Positions 48,581 to 57,603 of a DNA stretch of 64,000 nucleotides are shown here, piece by piece. Position numbers and translations under genes: made by a program. The notes under the pieces were generated by a model. It was not told where the DNA came from. It saw only the letters and a list, made by a program, of their open reading frames with translations, and made no database searches. Source of the DNA: a plasmid; sequence record NZ_CP067423.1, one strand, 5' to 3'. Within the stretch, counting starts at the first letter, position 1, and every line of letters starts with the position of its first letter.

Positions 48581-48643
48581 AGCGAGGAAGGCTTAGCGGA
48601 GGAAGATGAGGAGGCAGCTTGAGTAGTGCGGACGCCAAGCGGC

Positions 48644-49627
48644 TCAAGGAGTTTCGGATTCCGGGAAACCCCCGTCATCTAGTTCAGGAACTGCCGCATA
48701 GGCGGGAATGCGGCTAAGTTCCAAAGCGTTGAAGAAGAAGACGCGCCAGTCACGTAGCGCCGTGCGTCCTCTCGGCGTCGGTGCTTTTGGATCCACCAAA
48801 ACGCCAAGGCGACGCGGGTCCCTCGGGTCAACGAGCATGACACCGTACTCGGGCAGTGGCGACTTTTTCTTGGCAAGAGCGAGGATATCCCGCTTGAAAT
48901 ATTTCAGGTCTTCCGGTCCTTGGCCGTAACCGACGCGCCGCCGCAGCTTCTCCAGGCCCATCTTAAAGCCCCGCTGCTTGCCGCAATGCGCCCGGGCAAT
49001 CTCGTAAAGGCGCTTTTCGAGGGGACCGAGATCGAAGTACCTGCTGTCGTAAGTGAGGATACGGCCGTCCTTTACCACAGCTCGATACAGCCAACTGCAC
49101 ACTGTAACCTTGACAGCCCGCAATACCTTCTCGCCCTTACGGTTGCGAGCGTAGCGCATCTTGTACTCGGAGATCCAAGAAAACCCTGAGTCTTCACCCT
49201 CGCCGCCGGTCTCGATGTTCGTTTTGACCTGTGTAGACTTCAGCCGCATCAGAGATTCTTCGAGGCGCTCATAGGCACTACCCCCAGGCTCCCGCTTGAC
49301 CACGCGGAACAGGTCGGCGGCCGTGAACGTCATCTCAGTCCCGACAACTTCCCCTCGATTAGCTTTATCCTGCATAAGGCTCACAAGATAGATAAGAATT
49401 TCCTTGTCCCACATGTTAGCAACACCATGCTCGGGTGTGCCGTAAACTTCTATGCGGACCGTACCATCATCGTAGGTAGGGAGACGCTGGGTCTTTTGTC
49501 GGCCAAGGCCAAAAAAGGACCAGACCATCAGAGTACGGTCGTTCTTTACTCGGCCACCCATTGGCGAGTCGAAGAGGTCCATCTGAAAGTCTCCAGTAAT
49601 CTCAGATTTTGTAACTGCTCGCTCCAT
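48644..49627 (-). CDS. repA: plasmid replication initiator protein (RepA-type, iteron-binding)
   Basis: 327-aa protein from ATG 49627-49625 with a perfect AGGAGGA RBS. N-terminus MERAVTKSEITGDFQMDLFD. Iterons lie downstream and inverted iteron copies lie in its promoter. Confidence 0.75.
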   Translation of the reverse strand: MERAVTKSEITGDFQMDLFDSPMGGRVKNDRTLMVWSFFGLGRQKTQRLPTYDDGTVRIEVYGTPEHGVANMWDKEILIYLVSLMQDKANRGEVVGTEMTFTAADLFRVVKREPGGSAYERLEESLMRLKSTQVKTNIETGGEGEDSGFSWISEYKMRYARNRKGEKVLRAVKVTVCSWLYRAVVKDGRILTYDSRYFDLGPLEKRLYEIARAHCGKQRGFKMGLEKLRRRVGYGQGPEDLKYFKRDILALAKKKSPLPEYGVMLVDPRDPRRLGVLVDPKAPTPRGRTALRDWRVFFFNALELSRIPAYAAVPELDDGGFPESETP

Positions 49628-49711
49628 AAGTCCTCCTAGACTACATCCTTGATCAAGGAGGCAACCTATGGCAAGTGCGATCCGCAGAAGGTGATTTAAA
49701 CGACGTTCCAA

Positions 49712-49802
49712 GGTGAGGCAAACGACGGGGACCCATATTACGGACAGCACTTATAGAAGCTCTGTCCCCTCTAGTCACCGACAGCTCGTCGTTTGCCTCA
49801 CC
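49712..49802. promoter_or_regulatory. inverted pair of iteron-like sequences in the rep promoter (autoregulatory operator)
   Basis: GGTGAGGCAAACGACGG (49712-49728) and CTCGTCGTTTGCCTCACC (49785-49802) in opposite orientation, flanking a 56-bp spacer. Confidence 0.55.
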
Positions 49803-49922
49803 TTCTAGATGCCGTGATGGGCCTCCAGCGGGAGTTGGCTGGTTGGGCGGCTGCCCCTCAGAGTGATGGTATGAGAAGCGGGATCCAAGTTGATCGGCCC
49901 CAAGCATCATCGGAGGACAGCC

Positions 49923-50893
49923 ATGGATTACTATGCCTGGAACGACGTTTCGTTGGAACAGAGCAGCGTGTGCGTGGTGGATCCCACGGGCAGGATCGTG
50001 TGCGAAGCCAAGGTGGCAAGCGAGCTGGAGGCGCTGGTCTGCTTCTTCGGCCAGCTCAGCATGCGGGTAACGCGCATCGGGCTGGAGGCTGGTCCCCTAT
50101 CACAATGACTGCATGCCAGGCTGAGCGGAGCGGGTTTGGAAACGGTGCTGCTGGAGACCCGGCACGTCAAGGCGGCGCCGTCGGCAATGATCGGCAAGAC
50201 CGACCGCAAAGATGCCCGCGACATCGCCCACCTGCTGCGCATGAGCTGGTTCCGGCCGGTCCATCGCAAATCGGCCGATGCCCAAGAGCTGCGCGCCCTG
50301 GTGGTCGGGCGCAAGCTCCTGCAGAGCAAGTTGGGCGATGTCGAGTCCAGCATCTGCGGCATTCTGCGCGGCTTCGGGCAGAAGGTCGGCGAGGTGAGCA
50401 AGGGGCGCTTTGCGGCGCGGGTCGAGGAGCTGATCGCCGGGCATGCGTCTGCACTGACAGGTGCTGGCAATCGTGGGGACCGATGACGTCTGCCGGCGAC
50501 TGATGACGGTGCCCGGTGTCGGACCGCTGGTCGCGGTGACTTTCAAACGCGACCGTGGACGATCCGGCGCGCTTCACCTCATCCAAGGCAGTGGGGGCGC
50601 ACTTCGGGCTGACACCCAAAAAGTATTAGTCCGGCGAAACCGATGTGACGGGTGGTGTCAGTAAAGTCGGTGACGCCATGATTCGGACCGTCCTGTACGA
50701 GGCAACCAACGTGCTACTGAGCCGGACGCCACGCTTTTCGACACTGAAGCGTTGGCTCCTGGACGTCGCTAGGCGCCACGGCGTGAAGCGGGCGAAGGTC
50801 GCCCTGGCGAGGAAGCTCGCGACCGTGTTGCACCGCATGTGGGTCGATGGCAGCGAGTTCCGCTGGGGTAAGGAGACGCCGGTGGCCGCATAA
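49923..50893 (+). pseudogene. IS110 family transposase gene broken into four frames (frameshifted pseudogene)
   Basis: Consecutive ORFs carry IS110 N-terminal (MDYYAWNDVSLEQSSVCVVDPTGRIV...), middle (PGVGPLVAVTF) and C-terminal (VLLSRTPRFSTLKRWLLDVARRHGVKRAKVALARKLATVLHRMWVDGSEF) segments. Confidence 0.7.
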
Positions 50894-51193
50894 GCGGACC
50901 ACTAGGTAACAGTTTGAGGCCGGAAGGGGCTTGCCTCGGTGAGGCCCCGTCGCCGGGACGCGGAAACCAATGAGGTCGGGAGTAATGCTGTGGAAGTCCT
51001 GGTTGAGGTGAACTACGCGCCTTAGATTGTCCCGCTGGCTTCCCTTATCTGACTACATGGTGTGGCAGCCGCAGTGCTGACCACGGACGGAAGCGTGAGG
51101 CCGGCGATGAGACAGTCACTCGAGGGCTTGACGTCCGACGGCCCATTACGGACGCCTTATTAAGCCTAATTGCCAAAGCAGGATACCAAGCCC

Positions 51194-51209
51194 ATGCAAC
51201 GTTGCATGA
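51194..51209. promoter_or_regulatory. parS-like palindrome CATGCAACGTTGCATG upstream of parA
   Basis: 16-bp perfect palindrome. An identical core recurs at 53169-53186 just after parB. Confidence 0.5.
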
Positions 51210-51297
51210 TTGCATCACTAACCAATACGAAACCGTCAACCCGTTGACAGTATGGCGTGTATGTGCATCATTCCATGTACATGACTGATTAGGGGAC

Positions 51298-52350
51298 ATG
51301 ATGGCTGACACCATACCTGGCGATGACCTACGCCAGTACCGGGCGAGCCGAGGATGGGAGCAGCCGCAACTCGCGGCCCACCTCAACGAGGTTCTAGGGC
51401 GACGCTACGATAAAGCTCGTATTAGCAGGTGGGAAAGTGGCGCCGAACGTATTCCTCAAATCGTAGCACAGGCTATCCGGGCGGAACAACCTCCCGCAGG
51501 GGGAGGCATTCCCACTGCTCGAAACTTAGCCCCTGCCCTAACATTGGCTGTCAGTTTACAAAAAGGCGGCGTTGCCAAAACGACCACATCCGTCAACGTC
51601 GCATACCTGCTGGCTAAGAAAGGATTTCGGGTACTCCTAGTAGACGGAGATCCCCAGGGTTCGGCAACAACGAATCTTGGAGAGGACGCGCATGGTTTGG
51701 AACTGAAAAAGAAGACGCTGACAACCTTGCTCGACTCCCGGTCAGACTTGCCGACCAGGGAAGCGATCACGCCTGTCTGCGAGGGTTTGTTTGATCTGAT
51801 CGCGTCCAGCATTGCTTTGTCAGAAATCGAGGTCAGCCTGATGTCTGATCCGACATCGAGCCTGGCTCTCCGAGAGAAACTGTCAGAAGTGTCCAGCGAT
51901 TACGATTTCATCGTGATTGACACACCACCAAACTTGGGCCTCTTGACTGCCAGTGCTCTTGGGGCCGCAGATCTTGTTCTTATCCCAAGTCAGACCGAAC
52001 AGTTGAGCTTGATGGGTATTCCGCTGCTGTTGCGCGCGATCGACCGCACCAAGCGCCGTATCAACCGCAATCTTCAAGTGCTTGGAATCTTGCCGACGCA
52101 TTACGACCCACGCACGGTCGTCGACAAGGCAATGTTGGCTGAACTCCGGACGATTGCCGAGCGGCATGGCGTTGAACTGTTCGAACCCATCAGTCGCGCG
52201 GTTGCGTATAAAGAGTCCGTTCTTGCCGGTAAGCCGGCCCTGGAGAGAACACCGGACGTGGCTGGCAATGAAAGCTTTCGGCGCATTGCTGATCGACTGG
52301 TTGAAATCGCCGAGACCCGTGCGAAGGAGTATGCGCATGAGCCGGTCTAA
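51298..52350 (+). CDS. parA: ParA partition ATPase (type Ia, with N-terminal HTH extension)
   Basis: N-terminal HTH, Walker A KGGVAKTTTSVN, and the rest of the ParA/Soj architecture. TTGACA at 51244-51249 lies upstream. Confidence 0.9.
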   Translation: MMADTIPGDDLRQYRASRGWEQPQLAAHLNEVLGRRYDKARISRWESGAERIPQIVAQAIRAEQPPAGGGIPTARNLAPALTLAVSLQKGGVAKTTTSVNVAYLLAKKGFRVLLVDGDPQGSATTNLGEDAHGLELKKKTLTTLLDSRSDLPTREAITPVCEGLFDLIASSIALSEIEVSLMSDPTSSLALREKLSEVSSDYDFIVIDTPPNLGLLTASALGAADLVLIPSQTEQLSLMGIPLLLRAIDRTKRRINRNLQVLGILPTHYDPRTVVDKAMLAELRTIAERHGVELFEPISRAVAYKESVLAGKPALERTPDVAGNESFRRIADRLVEIAETRAKEYAHEPV

Positions 52351-53164
52351 GTCTGACCTTACCAATAACCGTGGTGCGCTGACGCGGGAAACAGGACGAG
52401 TTGCGTTGTTCGGAACATCCGAGGACAGCGAGTACCTGATGCTTGATCTAGATCAGGTTCAAACCAACCCGAACCAGCCTCGCAAGTACTTCGATGAGGA
52501 TAGCCTGAACGGACTGGCAAGCTCAATTGCCGAGCGCGGCGTTCTTCAACCAATCCTGGTCAAGGAAATAGAGCGCGGTGTCTTTGAGATCATCGCGGGT
52601 GAACGCCGGTGGCGCGCATCCAAGATAGCTGGAAAAACTCAGATCCCCTCGCTTGTCGTCAAGACAGATGACGCCACCTTGCTTGCTGTTCTGGAGAACC
52701 TGCAGCGCGAAGACTTGGACGCGGTCGAGACTGCTCAGGCATTAGCAACGCTTATCAAAAGCTACAAATCCACGCATGAAAGCCTGGGGAGATTACTTGG
52801 CAAAAGTCAGACCTATGTGACACGGACGCTTCACATCCTGGATCTTCATAAAACGATTCTAGTAGAGTATCAGAACAACCGCCATGTCGCGATGACGATG
52901 CTGGCCGAACTGGCTTCCATTGAGGATCCGGACGAACAGCTTCGTCTTTGGGAAAAGGCTAAATCCGGCCTTTCGGTTGCAGGGGTCCGGGAGATGAAGC
53001 AGGGCAGGGCGCCTGCCGTCGACAAGACGAACCGGTTCACCAAGGCGACAATGCGCTTCACCAAGGATCTGGTTCTCATAAGAGAGCAAGGGGGGGCTCT
53101 TGAGCAGGATCAGCGAGAGTTGCTGTTACGTTTGCGCGATGAGATCAATGCTCTGTTGACATGA
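52331..53164 (+). CDS. parB: ParB partition protein
   Basis: ParB/Spo0J N-terminal box (GVLQPILVKEIERGVFEIIAGERRWRA). GAAGGAG RBS. Overlaps the parA 3' end by 20 nt. Confidence 0.85.
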   Translation: MRMSRSKSDLTNNRGALTRETGRVALFGTSEDSEYLMLDLDQVQTNPNQPRKYFDEDSLNGLASSIAERGVLQPILVKEIERGVFEIIAGERRWRASKIAGKTQIPSLVVKTDDATLLAVLENLQREDLDAVETAQALATLIKSYKSTHESLGRLLGKSQTYVTRTLHILDLHKTILVEYQNNRHVAMTMLAELASIEDPDEQLRLWEKAKSGLSVAGVREMKQGRAPAVDKTNRFTKATMRFTKDLVLIREQGGALEQDQRELLLRLRDEINALLT

Positions 53165-53168
53165 TCGT

Positions 53169-53186
53169 TCATGCAACGTTGCATGA
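53169..53186. promoter_or_regulatory. parS-like palindrome TCATGCAACGTTGCATGA immediately downstream of parB
   Basis: 18-bp perfect palindrome sharing the 16-bp core with 51194-51209. Confidence 0.5.
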
Positions 53187-53210
53187 TGGAGGCTGATCAG
53201 AGGCTGTCTG

Positions 53211-54487
53211 CTCTAGCAGGCTGCGGAAAAACGCGGATTGACGCCGCAAGTGTTCGAGATGTTTAACAGGGGCATCTGAAGGTCAACACTCTGGAGTGGA
53301 TCCGAGTTGAGCAGTTTGGGCAATCGGATCAAATCGTAGGCTGTTGCGGTCAACTGGAACCGCCACCCGACCCGCGCGGTGCCACGCAGCTTGGTCTTGG
53401 CCATCAGGCCGACCGTCTTGATCCAGCCGAAGCCCTCCTCGATGCGTTTGCGGATGACCTGGCTGATGGCATAACCAGGGTGGCGAGTGACGCGGCCATC
53501 GATGGCGGAGCGCCGGTTGCTGATGTTCCGGGCGACGTGGGGCGTTGCGTTGAGGCTGCGCAGTTCGGCGACGAAGGCGGCCGTGTCGTAGTTCTTGTCG
53601 GCGCCAACCGTGATCCGGTGCCGGCCGGTCATGGCTCCGATCATGTCGCCCGCCGCGTCCCGTTCGGCGGTGCCGGTAGCCAGCGTCAGCCGGGTATCGA
53701 CGAACAGGCCATGGCGGTTTTCCATCCGGGTATGCCCCAGGAAGCAGAGCTTGGCCTCCTTGCCCTTGCCTTTCCGGTAAAGCCGGGCCTCCGGATCAAT
53801 GGTCGAGGCATGAGTGGCGTTTGATCGGACTTCCCCATGAAAATCAACTTCGGCGTTGCGGTCGCCCTCGACGGGGGGCGGGGCATCGCCACCGGAACCT
53901 GGCTGGGCCTCCTCATCCGGCTTGCGCTTGAAGCTCTTTATCGACGCCCAGGCCTCGACCATGGTGCCGTCCACGGTGAAGTGATCCTGCGACAGCAGGG
54001 CCCGAACCTGCGGCAGGTTCAGCACGCGGTCCATGAACTTGGCAGAAATCTCGCCCCTCAGCAGCCGCTCGCGGTTCTTGGTGAAGACCGTGACATCCCA
54101 AACCGGCGCGTCGATCGCCAGTCCGACGAACCAGCGGAACAGCAAGTTGTAGCCAAGCTGCTCCATGAGCTGGCGCTCCGAGCGCACCGAATAGAACGCT
54201 TGCAACAGCAGCGCCCGCAACAGCTTCTCGGGCGGCACCGAAGGACGCCCGGTCGCCGCATACAAGACGTCGAACTCCCTGGACAAGCCCTTCAACGCTT
54301 CATCCACGATCGCTCGGATGGTTCGCAGTGGATGGTCGGGCGGGACGCGCGTCTCGCAACTGACGTAAGCGAACGCAGCTTCACCATGATCGTCATACCC
54401 ACGCATCGTCACCTCCGAAAAGGACAACGCGTTAACTATAATCCACACATCACCCCAAAGATGACGTTTTTCCGCAGCCTGCTAGAG
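53211..54487 (-). mobile_element. IS5/IS1182-family insertion sequence (about 1.28 kb) with 23-bp perfect terminal inverted repeats
   Basis: CTCTAGCAGGCTGCGGAAAAACG at 53211-53233, with its reverse complement at 54465-54487. Confidence 0.75.
53213..54406 (-). CDS. IS5/IS1182-family DDE transposase
   Basis: 397-aa protein with N-terminus MRGYDDHGEAAFAYV..., conserved GRPSVPPEKLLRALLLQAFYSVRSERQL and a DDE region. Confidence 0.75.
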   Translation of the reverse strand: MRGYDDHGEAAFAYVSCETRVPPDHPLRTIRAIVDEALKGLSREFDVLYAATGRPSVPPEKLLRALLLQAFYSVRSERQLMEQLGYNLLFRWFVGLAIDAPVWDVTVFTKNRERLLRGEISAKFMDRVLNLPQVRALLSQDHFTVDGTMVEAWASIKSFKRKPDEEAQPGSGGDAPPPVEGDRNAEVDFHGEVRSNATHASTIDPEARLYRKGKGKEAKLCFLGHTRMENRHGLFVDTRLTLATGTAERDAAGDMIGAMTGRHRITVGADKNYDTAAFVAELRSLNATPHVARNISNRRSAIDGRVTRHPGYAISQVIRKRIEEGFGWIKTVGLMAKTKLRGTARVGWRFQLTATAYDLIRLPKLLNSDPLQSVDLQMPLLNISNTCGVNPRFSAAC

Positions 54488-54770
54488 GGTTCTGTCAGGT
54501 TTTGGGGCCAGTTGCGCAGCAGGCAGGCATCTAATTACCAGAAGCTGTTTTATGCGGCAGAGATCAGGTCCCGCAGCGCAGCCACGCGCTGGACGTGGAT
54601 GACCCGTCGACTGGCAAGCGAAACCGTTTGGTTGATGTAGGTAGCCGGGTGCAGGAAGTCGCGGATTTCGTCGAATGCGCGGCAGAGGCGATGAGCCGCA
54701 TCAAAATTCTTGAAGCCGCGCATTAGCCGGTGGCGTCCTTTTATGCCCCGGTGATTTTGTTCGATCACGT
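54488..54770 (-). pseudogene. remnant of a second, divergent IS6-family element (terminal inverted repeat plus last 72 codons of the transposase)
   Basis: Terminal repeat GGTTCTGTCAGGTTTTGGGGCCAGTTG at 54488, followed by a transposase C-terminus (IEQNHRGIKGRHRLMRGFKNFDAAHRLCRAFDEIRDF...) about 75% identical to the IS26-like copies. Confidence 0.7.
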
Positions 54771-54852
54771 TGTTTTTATACTGGCTGGTGCAGTGGTCAG
54801 CGTGTTGCAGGGAGGAGGAAGAGGTAGAGGAGGCCCCATTCCCCGCTGATGA

Positions 54853-55635
54853 TCAGGCGACGCGGACGGAGTCCGGGCGTCCAAGGTCGAGCATTCGGTT
54901 GAGGACCTGGGCGGCGATGGTGACCTCGGTGGCCCTGGCCTCGTCGCTATGGAAGCACAGCCCGTCACCGATGACCTGCTTCCAGCGCGCGAACAGTCCC
55001 TCGACTTTGGCCCTCTGATTATAGCCGCTGTCCCGCTGCCAGGCCATCCGCCCCCTGTCGGCGATTGCCTGGATGTGGCGGTCGCGCTGAGTGGGGTTGG
55101 TGTCGGCCGTGGCGCTTAGCACGGCATCGGCGTGGGGTGGAACGATCACCTTCGCGTCCGGATGACGCTCGTCCAGGGCGGTGTACACGCCGGTTCTGTC
55201 ATAGCCGCCGTCGCCCAGGAAGAGATCGACCGGTTCGGCGATCCGGTCGAGCAGGGGCTCGACCTGAGAGGCGTCATCGACGTCATGTTCGGTCAGGATG
55301 GACGCGACGATCCGGCCGGTCACCGCGTCGAAGCCGATGTTCAGCTTGCGCCACAAGCGCCGCCTGCTGGTACCGTGTTTCCCGGCCAGCCATTCGCCCG
55401 GGCCGCCCAGCTTCAGGCCCGAACTATCGACCATCAGGTGGATCGGACCACCGGTCGGGCGGGGCTGCGCCGGCAGTTCCAGGCCGAGCAACTGGAGGAT
55501 CGAGCCGATCAGCTCCTCGGTCTGACGCAGCGCCAGAGCTGTCGTAATGGCGAGGTCGGAGTAGTGCTGCTGACCGCCCGGCGTGGTGCGTAGCGCTGCT
55601 TTCCAGGCGGCGATCGCATCATCCGTGAACCACAT
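54853..55635 (-). CDS. IS5-family (DDE_Tnp_1-type) transposase, possibly partial
   Basis: 260-aa protein with a DDE motif region (LMVDSSGLK...FLGDGGYD...). Confidence 0.65.
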   Translation of the reverse strand: MWFTDDAIAAWKAALRTTPGGQQHYSDLAITTALALRQTEELIGSILQLLGLELPAQPRPTGGPIHLMVDSSGLKLGGPGEWLAGKHGTSRRRLWRKLNIGFDAVTGRIVASILTEHDVDDASQVEPLLDRIAEPVDLFLGDGGYDRTGVYTALDERHPDAKVIVPPHADAVLSATADTNPTQRDRHIQAIADRGRMAWQRDSGYNQRAKVEGLFARWKQVIGDGLCFHSDEARATEVTIAAQVLNRMLDLGRPDSVRVA

Positions 55636-55837
55636 GGTTAGACTGTCCCGTTGCCGCAGTGCCTCCCCGGTAAACGCGCACAGTTTTACGAGCGATGCCT
55701 CCGGCTTTTCTCATAAACGCTGCAGATACCTGGGTCATCCGGGCGAGGTGCGAGTGGAACCCACGACGGATTTTCCAGCTGATTTCACGGATGAGGGAAC
55801 CGGGAGAATGACACGGCGCTGATCAGACTCCGGGTTT

Positions 55838-56545
55838 TCAGGAACCCGCAAGCTGGATGGGAGTGGAGGGATAAACCACCGGAAACCGGCTGTGATGACG
55901 CAGCCAATCGGCCGCCACGGGTGAGAGCCAGGTGGTCATCTGCTCGATGTTTGTGTAATGCCTGGGCAGGTTCCAGTTGATGATCGGTTCATGGTGCGCC
56001 ACCCGGTTGCGGATCACCCGGATCGGAGTCAGCGGACCTGCCAGCGCTTTGCGCGTCAATCCCTTGCCATCTTCCCGCCGCGCCGCTTTGTGCAGGACGG
56101 TTTGCCAAAGATTTTCATACGGCTTGTTGAGCATGGCCGTCCAGAACCCGAAGGTGAGCGACGCCACGACACGACCGGGGGTGATGGGCTTGCCCTCGGC
56201 CTGCAGGCCGGCCCTGGCTTTGGCCAGCTGCTCCCGCTGGTGCTCCACTGAGATCAGGCCCGGATCGTCGAACCAGTATTCCCCCCGCTCGTCGCTCAGT
56301 ACGGCATGAAACCGGTTCCGCAGCGCCACTTCCAGCATCTGCATGGGCGTATAGAGCGCTTCTGACAGCGCGGTGTTGAGCGCATAGAGTTCAAAGGCCT
56401 TCTCCCGGTCGCCGCCCGCCCACGCCAGATAGCGGCCGAAGCGTTCGGTGGACAGCAGCTCGTCCAGCTGGTTCTCGGAGGCTTTCCGGAAGGGATCAGG
56501 CACTTGCAACGACACCTTCTTTAGTTTACATATCTCTACGTACAC
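55838..56545 (-). CDS. Abi-like protein (Abi_2/AbiD-AbiF family, HEPN-type abortive infection)
   Basis: 235-aa protein with the family-typical motif RNRVAHHEPIINWNL. Confidence 0.55.
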   Translation of the reverse strand: MYVEICKLKKVSLQVPDPFRKASENQLDELLSTERFGRYLAWAGGDREKAFELYALNTALSEALYTPMQMLEVALRNRFHAVLSDERGEYWFDDPGLISVEHQREQLAKARAGLQAEGKPITPGRVVASLTFGFWTAMLNKPYENLWQTVLHKAARREDGKGLTRKALAGPLTPIRVIRNRVAHHEPIINWNLPRHYTNIEQMTTWLSPVAADWLRHHSRFPVVYPSTPIQLAGS

Positions 56546-56763
56546 CCCGGTAGCGTCTCTGCGAAAGCATGCGCCCGGGGTAAATTTTTTCCGGCGTATC
56601 AGCGATCATCCGATCGCGCAATCGTTCTGCATGGACATCAAAGCTTTCCGGTAACGAGCCTGCGACTGTGATTCGGCTTCCAACCTTGTATCCGTTCCGT
56701 CCAATACTGCTGCATTGATTGACTTTGGAAATCTATATCTGGAGCGGGGTCACAATCAGCGCC

Positions 56764-56866
56764 CAATGCCGTTCAGTTAAGGGCTTCAGGCTGTTGACGA
56801 GCAGAAGGATCTGCTCACAGCAGGAGGCACGGCGATGGCTTTTACGCCCTTAACTGAACGGCATTG
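56764..56866. repeat. 103-bp structured element: 21-bp perfect inverted repeats (CAATGCCGTTCAGTTAAGGGC) enclosing a second palindrome GAGCAGAAGGATCTGCTC
   Basis: Arms at 56764-56784 and 56846-56866. Located in the intergenic region between the Abi-like gene and mucR. Confidence 0.5.
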
Positions 56867-57078
56867 AATCAGCGCCGATCGTGACCCCGCCTTTTTGACA
56901 GATTTCGCAGCTTTATCATAGTGATAACGCCTATTGTGCTGTGCCCAATGTTCGAAGCTGATTGACACGGCACAGAAACGCTCTCGATGGCCCGGTTTGA
57001 AGTGCCGCTGCCGGGCCGGCATTCTGTCCCGGCGCTGGCGCCGGGCCAGCGCCTTACCCGACAGTTGGAGAAAGTTCG

Positions 57079-57552
57079 ATGAACCCCAGCAGCTCCACCG
57101 TTTCTTCCGAAGAGATGGTCGCCTTGACCAGCCGAATCACTGCCGCCTACCTGCGGGGCAACATCCTGCCGGCTGCCGACATCCCAAGCGTGATCGGCAT
57201 CGCTCACGGTTCGCTCCTGCAGCTCGTTCAACCGGCGCCGCCGCCGCAGCAGCAGGAAATCCTGAAGCCGGCGGTGCTGATCCGTAAATCCGTCACGGCC
57301 GAGTACATCGTCTGCCTGGAGGACGGCAGAAAGCTGAAAATGCTCAAGCGTCATCTGATGGCGACCTACGGCATGACGCCGGACCAGTACCGGGCCAGAT
57401 GGAACCTGCCGGTGGACTACCCGATGGTGGCACCCGCTTATGCCGGGAGGCGCAGCGACCTTGCCAAGGCAAGCGGCCTGGGCAGGCGCCGACCGGAACC
57501 CGAACCGGTTCCCGTCCCGAAAAAGCGCGGCCGTCCAAAAGCGACGACCTGA
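57079..57552 (+). CDS. mucR: MucR/Ros family zinc-finger transcriptional regulator
   Basis: Signature YIVCLEDGRKLKMLKRHLMATYGMTPDQYRARWNLPVDYPMVAPAY. Confidence 0.85.
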   Translation: MNPSSSTVSSEEMVALTSRITAAYLRGNILPAADIPSVIGIAHGSLLQLVQPAPPPQQQEILKPAVLIRKSVTAEYIVCLEDGRKLKMLKRHLMATYGMTPDQYRARWNLPVDYPMVAPAYAGRRSDLAKASGLGRRRPEPEPVPVPKKRGRPKATT

Positions 57553-57603
57553 TCCTTCGCACCTCGGCTTCACGCACCGGTGATGACCGGGACATTGCCG
57601 TCG

